Source: Candidatus Binatia bacterium (GTDB taxonomy: Bacteria > Eisenbacteria > RBG-16-71-46 > SZUA-252). Taken from it: a stretch of 32,356 nt of DNA. Shown piece after piece: positions 18,414-26,048 of the stretch (position 1 is its first letter; the number at the start of each line of letters is the position of its first letter). The notes beneath the pieces were generated by a model. The model did no database searches. It saw nothing but the letters and a program-made list of their open reading frames with translations, and was not told where the DNA came from. The position numbers and the translations under genes are program-made. The stretch is from assembly GCA_035635355.1 (NCBI GenBank), contig DASQBE010000068.1:1-32356 (forward strand). The letters run 5' to 3'.

Positions 18414-19102
18414 CGACAGGGCGCTACATGCTGGGGATCGACACGTCCTCCCGCATTGGCTCGATCGCCCTGGCCGTCGATGGGGAGGCGGGCCCGTCGC
18501 TGCCGCTTCCGCCCGGCGGTCATTCCAACGGCCTCTCGCAGGCGGGGGAATCGCTTCTCCGCGCCCGCTCGATCGGGTGGAAGGACCTCGCGGGCGTCGC
18601 GGTCTCGGAGGGCCCCGGCTCCTTCACGGGACTTCGGATCGGCCTCGCGTGGGCGAAGGGGATTTGTTTCGGCTCGCGCGCCAGGCTGACGCTCGTTTCC
18701 GCCCATGCCGCGAACGCCCACCGTCACCGGGGCGACGGGGCCTGGATCGCCACCGTGCTCCAGGGAGAGCGCGGCGAGGCGCAAGCGACGCTCTGGTCGG
18801 GCGGCGAGGACTTGGCGCGGGTCTGGGGACCCGAATCCGTGCCGGAGGTGGAGCTGGCGGCGGCCCTCCGATCCGCGGCCGCCGCGCGTGCGATCGCGAT
18901 CGCGGGTCCCGATCTCAAGGAGGGGCTGCTCCAGGCCCTCCGCGAGGACGGATTCCGTATTCTCGCCGACGCGGCTCGGTCCACCGCCGCCGCCGTCGCG
19001 GAGCTTGGGGATCGAATGCTGCTCGCGGGTGAGGCCGCGGACCTGGTCACCTCCGCGCCCGCGTACGGGCGCGCCCCCAACGCCCGGAAGCCAGCGCCAT
19101 GA
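18410..19102 (+). CDS. tsaB: tRNA t6A37 biosynthesis protein TsaB (YeaZ)
   Basis: ATG at 18410 overlaps the tsaE stop (ATGA). MLGIDTSS..., GPGSFTGLRIGLAWAKG. Confidence 0.85.
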   Translation: MTTGRYMLGIDTSSRIGSIALAVDGEAGPSLPLPPGGHSNGLSQAGESLLRARSIGWKDLAGVAVSEGPGSFTGLRIGLAWAKGICFGSRARLTLVSAHAANAHRHRGDGAWIATVLQGERGEAQATLWSGGEDLARVWGPESVPEVELAAALRSAAAARAIAIAGPDLKEGLLQALREDGFRILADAARSTAAAVAELGDRMLLAGEAADLVTSAPAYGRAPNARKPAP

Positions 19103-19572
19103 CCGAGCGCGATTCCCCGGACGTCGTGCCGCTCCAGCGCGAGCACTTGGACGAGATCCTCTCCATCGAGCGCCTCTCGTTCACCGACCCCTGGACGCGG
19201 GGGATGTTCGAATCCGAGCTCGACGTGCAGGCCCGCGGCTATGCTCGGGGGGCGATCCGGCACCGGAGCCTGATCGGATACATCTTCGCCGTGATCATTC
19301 CCGACGAGGCCCACATCGGAAACCTCGCGGTCACTCCGTCCGAGCGGGGGCGCGGCGTGGCCCAGGAGCTTCTGAACCAGCTGGTGCATGACGCGACCGA
19401 GGCGGGGGTGACCCGGGTCACTCTCGAGGTGCGCGCCTCCAATCACACGGCACGTAAGTTCTATTACAAGAACAACTTCATCGACATCGCGATCCGAAAG
19501 AACTACTACCGGAGCCCCGTGGAGGATGCTATCGTCATGTATCGTGTCCTCCCGGAGGATCCGAGCGTATGA
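19099..19572 (+). CDS. rimI: Ribosomal-protein-alanine N-acetyltransferase RimI (GNAT)
   Basis: ATG overlaps the tsaB stop. GNLAVTPSERGRGVAQELL acetyl-CoA motif. Canonical tsaE-tsaB-rimI order. Confidence 0.85.
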   Translation: MTERDSPDVVPLQREHLDEILSIERLSFTDPWTRGMFESELDVQARGYARGAIRHRSLIGYIFAVIIPDEAHIGNLAVTPSERGRGVAQELLNQLVHDATEAGVTRVTLEVRASNHTARKFYYKNNFIDIAIRKNYYRSPVEDAIVMYRVLPEDPSV

Positions 19573-20714
19573 GCTGGCTCAAGAAGTCCAAAGAAGGGCT
19601 CAAGTCGACGCAGCGGAAACGGGAGCTGCCGGACGGCCTCTGGACGAAATGCGAGGAATGCGGCGAGATCCTGTATCACAAGGAGCTCGAGCGAAACCTC
19701 TGGACCTGCTCCAAGTGCTCCTACCACTTCCGGATCTCCGCGCGCAGCTACATCAAGATCCTGCTCGATGAGGACTCGTTCGTAGAGCGCTTCTCCGAGG
19801 TCGTCTCCACCGACCCGCTCAAGTTCCGCGACACGAAGCGCTACGCCGACCGTCTCCGGAAGGCGCGCGAGGAAACCGGTCTGAGCGAGGCGATTCTCGT
19901 GGGCGAGGGGACGATCGAGGGACGCCCGCTGGTGATCGGCGTCATGGACTTCGCCTTCCTGGGCGGAAGCCTGGCCTCGGCGGCCGGGGAGCGGATCGCC
20001 CGCGGCATCCTGCTCGCGCTCGAGAAGCGCCACCCCCTCGTGCTCCTCTCCTCCTCGGGAGGCGCGCGCATGTTCGAGGGGATTCTCTCCCTGATGCAGA
20101 TGGCGAAGGCGAACGCGCTTCTGGCGAGGCTGAACGACGCCGGCGTCCCGTATATTTCCATCATGACCCATCCCACCACCGGCGGCGTCACGGCCAGCTT
20201 CGCCTCCGTCGGGGACGTGATCCTGGCCGAGCCGCGCGCGCTGATCGGGTTCGCCGGGCCCCGCGTCATCAAGCAGACGATCAATCAGGAGCTTCCGGAG
20301 GGCTTCCAGCGCTCCGAGTTTCTCCTCGCCAAGGGGATGATCGACCGCATCGTCCATCGAAACGAGCTCCGGAAGACGCTCGCGTGGCTGCTCCAGTTCT
20401 TCGCAGCGGCGGCGCAGCTGCCGCAGAAGCCGCGTCGCCGCGCCGGCGAGACTCTGGCCCGATTCCGCGCGGTCGGCGGTCCGATCGCTTCGACCCCCGC
20501 GCCTCCGCCCGCGCCGGTCAAGCCTCCGGAGGAGGTCCCTGTGGAAGCGGGAGCCCGGGCGCCTTACGAGCCGGCGCAGCAACCGGGGCCCAACGGCGCG
20601 CCGCCTTCGCCTCCGGAGGCGAAGCCCACCGAGGCGCCCGAAGAAGCCGCAGAGCCCAATCCCGGCGGCTCTGCCGCGTTCCCCGCCGATCAGGAGATTC
20701 CCATCCGCGAATGA
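19569..20714 (+). CDS. accD: Acetyl-CoA carboxylase carboxyltransferase beta subunit, with ~100-aa Pro/Ala/Glu-rich C-terminal tail
   Basis: Zinc ribbon CEECGEILYHKELERNLWTCSKC, GGSLASAAGERI, SGGARMFEG. ATG overlaps the rimI stop. Confidence 0.92.
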   Translation: MSWLKKSKEGLKSTQRKRELPDGLWTKCEECGEILYHKELERNLWTCSKCSYHFRISARSYIKILLDEDSFVERFSEVVSTDPLKFRDTKRYADRLRKAREETGLSEAILVGEGTIEGRPLVIGVMDFAFLGGSLASAAGERIARGILLALEKRHPLVLLSSSGGARMFEGILSLMQMAKANALLARLNDAGVPYISIMTHPTTGGVTASFASVGDVILAEPRALIGFAGPRVIKQTINQELPEGFQRSEFLLAKGMIDRIVHRNELRKTLAWLLQFFAAAAQLPQKPRRRAGETLARFRAVGGPIASTPAPPPAPVKPPEEVPVEAGARAPYEPAQQPGPNGAPPSPPEAKPTEAPEEAAEPNPGGSAAFPADQEIPIRE

Positions 20715-22021
20715 AGGCGCCCGCGAGCGCCACCCTGACCCGGCGCCTCGATGAGATGTACCGCTTCGAGCGGAGCGGCATGAGGCCGGGCCTCGCCGGA
20801 ATCGAGCGCCTGCTCGAGACGGCCGGCCGTCCCGACCGCGCGTTCCCCTCCGTTCTGGTCGCCGGGACGAACGGCAAGGGATCGACCGCGGCGCTCCTGG
20901 ACTCCATCCTCCGCGCGGCCGGACTGAAGACCGGCCTCTACACCTCGCCGCACCTCCTCCGCTTCCATGAGCGCATCCGGATCGACGGCCGGGAGATCGG
21001 CGACGCCGAGCTGGAAGCGGCGCTCGAGCGGTGGTGGCCCCGCTTCGAGGAAATGGCTCCGTCCTTCTTCGAGGCGGCGACCGCTCTGGGATTCGACCAC
21101 TTCGCCTCGTCCGGCCTCGACGCCGCGGTGGTCGAGGTCGGCCTGGGCGGGCGCCTGGACGCCACGAACATCCTCGTGCCGCGGCTCTCCGTGATCACGA
21201 CCATCAGCAGCGACCATGAGGAGATCCTGGGCAGCACCCTGGGCCGGATCGCGACCGAGAAGGCCGGGATCGTGAAACCGGGGGGAACGGTCGTGTGCGG
21301 GGTCCGGGGGAAGGAGGCCTGCGCGGCCATCGCCGCCGCCGCGTCCGAGCGGGGGGCCAAGGTGCTCTGGCTCGACACCTCGGCCCGGTGCGCGACGCGA
21401 GAAGTGACCCTCGATGGAACCGAGTTCCAGCTCGAAACATCCTCGTTCTCAGGGAGGCTCAAGACGAGGCTCATGGGAAAACACCAGGCCCGAAACGCGG
21501 CGCTCGCGGCGTTGGCCGCGGAGACGTGGCTCGAGGGGAGGCCCCGGGTCGAGATCGCCGCCGCCATCCAGCGCGGGATCCAAGGCGCCCGGTGGCCGGC
21601 GCGCGCGGAGCTGGTGCGCGAGGATCCCCCGGTGCTGGTCGACGTCGCGCACAACACCGAGGGCGCCGGAGCGCTGGCGGAGACGGTGGGCGCGCTCTTT
21701 CCGGGGCGAAGCGTGGCCTTCGTGGTGGCCCTGTCGCGCGACAAGGCGCACGTGGATTTCCTGAGGCGCCTGGGCGCGGTGGCCGCGCGGTTCTACCTCA
21801 CCGAGTTCGAGGGAGAGCGCGCGACGCCCGCCTCCACGCTCCTCGCCTCGGCCCCGTGCGGGCATCTGACCTGCGAGGCGGTCCCCTCGATCCCGGAGGC
21901 GCTGGACCGCGCCGTCGCCTGGGCCAGGGACCATGGAGGCGTCGTGGTCGTGGCCGGATCCTTCTTCCTTCTCGCCCGCGCCCTGCCGCATCTGGGAGCC
22001 CCCGTACCCCATGCCCTTTGA
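20711..22021 (+). CDS. folC: Folylpolyglutamate synthase/dihydrofolate synthase
   Basis: ATG at 20711 overlaps the accD stop (ATGA). VAGTNGKGSTAALL P-loop, Mur-ligase-type middle and C-terminal domains. Conserved accD-folC pairing. Confidence 0.9.
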   Translation: MKAPASATLTRRLDEMYRFERSGMRPGLAGIERLLETAGRPDRAFPSVLVAGTNGKGSTAALLDSILRAAGLKTGLYTSPHLLRFHERIRIDGREIGDAELEAALERWWPRFEEMAPSFFEAATALGFDHFASSGLDAAVVEVGLGGRLDATNILVPRLSVITTISSDHEEILGSTLGRIATEKAGIVKPGGTVVCGVRGKEACAAIAAAASERGAKVLWLDTSARCATREVTLDGTEFQLETSSFSGRLKTRLMGKHQARNAALAALAAETWLEGRPRVEIAAAIQRGIQGARWPARAELVREDPPVLVDVAHNTEGAGALAETVGALFPGRSVAFVVALSRDKAHVDFLRRLGAVAARFYLTEFEGERATPASTLLASAPCGHLTCEAVPSIPEALDRAVAWARDHGGVVVVAGSFFLLARALPHLGAPVPHAL

Positions 22022-25000
22022 CGGCCGGCCCGCCGGCCCGATCTTCGTTCTCCTCCTGGCTTGGGCCACGCTCGCGCACGCGCAGACCTCGGGGAAGCCG
22101 ATCGACGACACCTACCACATGAAGGCGGACCATCTCTCGGGTTCCGCGGGAGGGAACGACGATGTCTACACCGCGACCCAGGTCACCGTGCAGCACGGCC
22201 CGACCACGGTGACGGGAGACTCCGCGCACGTCTACCGGCAGCGGGAACAGGTCGAGGTGATGGGCCACGTGAAGATCGTGGACGGCTCGACCCACATGTG
22301 GGGGGACAACGCCACCTACGATCGCAGGACTCGTGTGGCGATCCTGCGCGGCCTGGTGCGCATCGAGGAGGGGACCGCGCGGATCACGGGTCGCGAGGCG
22401 CGGTTCTACCGGAACGAGAACCGCTCGGTCATCGTGGGACGGCCCGAGATGATGGATTCCACGCGGACCCTGACCGCGGACGAGATCGACTACGACCGCG
22501 GCCACGACGAGGTCGTGGCCCTGGGGAACGTGATCGCCGTGGACCGCGCGGAGAGCACCACGGTGCGCGCGGGCCGCGTGCGGTACGACCGGACGCGAAA
22601 CTACGCGTGGGCGAGCCAGAGCCCGGTCCTCACGATCGAAGAAGCGGGAGGGAAGTCGACCAAGGTCCGCGGCCTCACGATGGAGTTCGACAACACGAAG
22701 CGGGCGGTGGTGGCGCTGGGCGACGTGCTCGTGGAGCGCGACAAGCTCCGGGCGAAAGGGGACCGGGGCGAGTTCTACGGCAACGAGGAGCGCGCGCTCC
22801 TGGTGGGTCACCCGCACGCCTGGGACGAGGAAGGGGAGGTGCAGGGCGACACGCTGGAGATCCACTTCAAGGAGCACCGCGTCGCCGCCGTCCAGGTGCG
22901 CCCCCACGCCACCGTGAAGTATCAGGCGGCGAGCGAGCACGGACGTGGAGAGCGGAACGAAGCGGTCGGTGATACGGTGACGCTCTTCAATCCCGACGAG
23001 GAGACACGGCGCGCGGTGGTCGTGGGGCACGCCCGGAGCTCCTACTGGCCCAGCTCCCAGGACAGCGCCCAGGGCGGCCGGAACATCTCCAGCGGCGACA
23101 GCATCATCGTGGAGTTCGCGAATGGTCGGGCGCGCAAGGCCACCGTCGTGGGCCAGAGCGAGGGCACCTATTACATGGCGGCGGAGGGGGACACGAGCCG
23201 CGTGAATCAGGAGGAGCGGGTCAAGTACAAGGGCGCGCGGATCATCTACGACGTGGACCAGAACCAGGTGGACGTGCTGGGCGCCGCCGACGTGAACTAC
23301 AAGGAGCTGCGCCTGAACGCCGACAAGGTGACCTTCAACACCAAGACCGAGCGGATGCGCGCCGAGGGTAAGCCGGTCCTCTACGACGGGAAGGACAAGA
23401 TCGTGGGGAACACCATGACCTACGACCTCACGATCCGGCGCGGCACGATCTACGGGGGCAAGACGACCTACGAGCGGGGTTATTACTACGGGGAGCAGAT
23501 CCGGAAGGTCTCCGACGATGTGCTCGACGTGAAGAACGGGAGCTACACGACCTGCGAGCTGGACGAGCCGCACTATCACTTCGGGAGCAGCAAGATGAAG
23601 GTGATCCTGCGCGACAAGGTGATCGCGAGCCCCGTCATCTTCTACATCAAGCACATTCCGGTCATGGCGCTCCCGTTCTACGTCTTCCCGATCCGCCCGG
23701 GCCGGCACTCGGGGTTCCAGCTCCCCCAATTCGAGTTCGGCTCCTCGAGCTCGGCAGGGAAGTTCATCCGCAACGTGGGCTACTACTGGGCCATGAACGA
23801 CTACCTCGATGCCACGCTGTGGGGGGACTACTACCAGGACGACCGCTGGCTCCTGCACTCACAGACGCGCTACCAGAAGCGCTACAACTGGTCGGGGGAG
23901 ATCGACGCCTCCGTCCAGCACAGCCTGGGCCTCCAGGGCTCCAACCAGTGGGACTTCTCCGGCCGGCACTACCAGATCCTGGGCCCCAATTTCACGCTGA
24001 CGGGACAGGGAAACTTCACCAATTCCAGCGCCTACTTGAAGGACCAGTTCATCGGCCGCTCGGTGCTCCTGCGCGTCCAGAGGAACTTGCACTCCCAGAT
24101 CTCCCTGAGCAAGAGCTGGAGCGGCGCCTCGCTCAACATCGGCGCCCAGCGGAACCAGGATCTCGATCCGGATCCGGGCGGCAACAGGGTGGCGGATCAG
24201 ATCCCTTCGATGACGTTCTCGTTGTCCTCGCGGCCGCTGGGCCATCCCGCGCGCGGCAAGGAGCCGGCCAAGCTGCCCGGGCTCGCGTCGACCTTCTTCA
24301 GCTTCAGGTCCACGCTCCTGGGCGAGCACGACGAGTTCTTTCAGGCCCGTCCCGAGACCTCCGTGGTTCTGGATTCGCTCGGCATGCCGGACACGACGGT
24401 CACGGGGGTCGATACCCACCTCACCCAGGCCGCGGCGCGGCAGGACCTGACGCTCACCGACGTCCGGACCCTGTTCGGCTTCTTGCACGTGAGCCCCAAC
24501 ATGAGCTACTCGGAGATCTTCTACAGCAAGGACGCGGCCGGGAATCGGAATCAGAGGGCGGGCGTGTGGCGCGGCGGGGTCAACGCGAACACCGCGATCT
24601 TTGGGACGTTCCGTCCCTCGCTCGGTCCGATCCGGGCCATCCGACACGTCATCACGCCCTCGGTGGGTCTGGTCTACCAGCCGGCGTATCCCAAGCTGAA
24701 CTACATGGACGCGGGCGGGATTCTGAGGCCACGCTTCACCGGCGTGAGCGGGATCGAGCTCTCGGCGTCGGAGGCGCGCTTCATCACGTTCTCGGTTCGA
24801 AACGACATCCACGCCAAGGTGGGGGACCCGGCCCAACCCAAGATTCTCAACAACCTGATCCAGCTCACGACCTCGGGCAGCTACAACCTGCTCGCGAGCC
24901 GGGTGGGCCAGCGGCCGCTCTCCGACCTGTCCAGCGTCCTGAGCCTTCACCCCTGGAGCCGGGGATCGGTGGACATGAGCTTCGCGCACAATCCCTACGA

Positions 25001-25514
25001 CGGAAAGCTGCTCAACTTCGGCGTCTCCAGCGGACTCTTCTTCCAGGGGATCCGGCGGGCCCAGCTCCAGGAGGAGAAGGTGGAGCTGGACCCGGCGGCG
25101 CAGGCGGTCCAGGCGCCGACGGGATGGACGCCTCCGGGCCTCGTGTCCTCGGATCTTCCGTGGCTGGCGTCCCTCTCCCTGAGCCACACGGGCTCGGCGG
25201 GGCGTCTTCCGACGGGCGGGTACTCCCGCTGGAGCTCGAGCACCACCGCGAACGGCTCGGTGGGCCTCAACCCGACGAGCCACTGGCGCGTGGACTATTC
25301 GGCGCAGTTCGATGTCGAAGGCCGGAAGATGATCTCCTGGAATTATTCGGTGAAACGGGATCTGCACTGTTGGGAAGCGCAGTTCACGCGAAGTTTTTCC
25401 GGTGGAATCACGGAGTACTACTTCAAGATCAACGTGAAGAATCTGCCGGAGGTCTATTACGAGCAAGGCTCGAAGGGCCTGCGCGGCTTCGGAGGAATCC
25501 AGAACCAATTCTGA
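22011..25514 (+). CDS. lptD: LPS-assembly outer-membrane protein, LptD/OstA family (1167 aa, expanded N-terminal OstA-like repeat region)
   Basis: ATG at 22011 gives the signal peptide MPFDGRPAGPIFVLLLAWATLAHA-Q. About 12 OstA-type strand-pair repeats (GDSAHVYRQREQVEVMGHVKIV, ADEIDYDRGHDEVVALGNVIAV, ...), the LptD junction motif GSYTTCELDEPHYHF...IKHIPVMALPFYVFPI, and a long aromatic-rich beta-barrel region ending in ...GGIQNQF. Confidence 0.72.
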   Translation: MPFDGRPAGPIFVLLLAWATLAHAQTSGKPIDDTYHMKADHLSGSAGGNDDVYTATQVTVQHGPTTVTGDSAHVYRQREQVEVMGHVKIVDGSTHMWGDNATYDRRTRVAILRGLVRIEEGTARITGREARFYRNENRSVIVGRPEMMDSTRTLTADEIDYDRGHDEVVALGNVIAVDRAESTTVRAGRVRYDRTRNYAWASQSPVLTIEEAGGKSTKVRGLTMEFDNTKRAVVALGDVLVERDKLRAKGDRGEFYGNEERALLVGHPHAWDEEGEVQGDTLEIHFKEHRVAAVQVRPHATVKYQAASEHGRGERNEAVGDTVTLFNPDEETRRAVVVGHARSSYWPSSQDSAQGGRNISSGDSIIVEFANGRARKATVVGQSEGTYYMAAEGDTSRVNQEERVKYKGARIIYDVDQNQVDVLGAADVNYKELRLNADKVTFNTKTERMRAEGKPVLYDGKDKIVGNTMTYDLTIRRGTIYGGKTTYERGYYYGEQIRKVSDDVLDVKNGSYTTCELDEPHYHFGSSKMKVILRDKVIASPVIFYIKHIPVMALPFYVFPIRPGRHSGFQLPQFEFGSSSSAGKFIRNVGYYWAMNDYLDATLWGDYYQDDRWLLHSQTRYQKRYNWSGEIDASVQHSLGLQGSNQWDFSGRHYQILGPNFTLTGQGNFTNSSAYLKDQFIGRSVLLRVQRNLHSQISLSKSWSGASLNIGAQRNQDLDPDPGGNRVADQIPSMTFSLSSRPLGHPARGKEPAKLPGLASTFFSFRSTLLGEHDEFFQARPETSVVLDSLGMPDTTVTGVDTHLTQAAARQDLTLTDVRTLFGFLHVSPNMSYSEIFYSKDAAGNRNQRAGVWRGGVNANTAIFGTFRPSLGPIRAIRHVITPSVGLVYQPAYPKLNYMDAGGILRPRFTGVSGIELSASEARFITFSVRNDIHAKVGDPAQPKILNNLIQLTTSGSYNLLASRVGQRPLSDLSSVLSLHPWSRGSVDMSFAHNPYDGKLLNFGVSSGLFFQGIRRAQLQEEKVELDPAAQAVQAPTGWTPPGLVSSDLPWLASLSLSHTGSAGRLPTGGYSRWSSSTTANGSVGLNPTSHWRVDYSAQFDVEGRKMISWNYSVKRDLHCWEAQFTRSFSGGITEYYFKINVKNLPEVYYEQGSKGLRGFGGIQNQF

Positions 25515-25546
25515 TCGAAAAAACCGCGCCCGCATCAGGAATCCAT

Positions 25547-25575
25547 TTGACACCCCCTGGGGTGCGGCGTAACTT
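25547..25575 (+). promoter_or_regulatory. Candidate promoter for the HU gene (TTGACA-17 nt-TAACTT)
   Basis: Perfect -35 hexamer at 25547-25552, 17-nt spacer, TAACTT at 25570-25575, in a locally AT-richer intergenic region 38 nt upstream of the HU ATG. The GGGGAGGTGA RBS follows. Confidence 0.35.
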
Positions 25576-25612
25576 GACGCCCGTTGTTCAGACGAGGGGA
25601 GGTGAAACGAAA

Positions 25613-25903
25613 ATGAACAAGACGGAACTCATCGCCACCGTAGCAAAGAAGACCGGTCTTTCGGCCCGCGAGGCGCGTGCCGCCGTCGAAACGCTTTTTT
25701 CCCCAGGCAAGGAAGGTCTGATCGCGGCCGCTCTCATGTCCGGGAAGAAGGTTCAGATCACCGGATTCGGGACCTTCGAGACCCGCAAGCGCAAAGCCCG
25801 CGAAGGTCGCAATCCCCAGACCGGAGAGCGCATCAAGATCGCTGCATCTCGATTCCCGGCGTTCCACGCGGGAAAGGCCCTGAAGGAACGCATCAAGAAG
25901 TAA
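25613..25903 (+). CDS. hup: HU/IHF-family DNA-binding protein
   Basis: 96 aa. MNKTELIATVAKKTGLS...ITGFGTFETRKRKAREGRNPQTGERIKIAASRFPAFHAGKALK. Strong RBS 8 nt upstream. TAA stop. Confidence 0.92.
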   Translation: MNKTELIATVAKKTGLSAREARAAVETLFSPGKEGLIAAALMSGKKVQITGFGTFETRKRKAREGRNPQTGERIKIAASRFPAFHAGKALKERIKK

Positions 25904-25926
25904 GGGAACCCCCCCATCGGCTTTGT

Positions 25927-25960
25927 GAAGGAGCGGGCAGCGTGGGCTACCCGCTCCTTC
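25927..25960 (+). terminator. Stem-loop downstream of HU (11-bp perfect stem, 12-nt loop), possible intrinsic terminator
   Basis: GAAGGAGCGGG cagcgtgggcta CCCGCTCCTTC read directly. It starts 24 nt after the HU stop and is followed by tctatata rather than a clean T-run. Confidence 0.45.
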
Positions 25961-25993
25961 TCTATATAGGTAGGGGTGTCCTTTGCCGAAATG

Positions 25994-26023
25994 TTGAACC
26001 CGACAGCCTTTGCGGGGTATAGT
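25994..26023 (+). promoter_or_regulatory. Candidate promoter for the cytochrome gene (TTGAAC-18 nt-TATAGT)
   Basis: Hexamers at 25994-25999 and 26018-26023, about 25 nt upstream of the ATG at 26049. This placement argues against the TTG track start at 26010. Confidence 0.35.
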
Positions 26024-26048
26024 TTCCAGCGTTCTCCCTTGGATCAGG

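Noticed and set aside
25904-26048. A possible tRNA or small RNA gene in the HU-cytochrome intergenic region
   Set aside because: There is no cloverleaf-compatible arm structure and no T-loop (GTTCRA) motif. The single strong hairpin is better explained as the HU terminator and the rest as a promoter.
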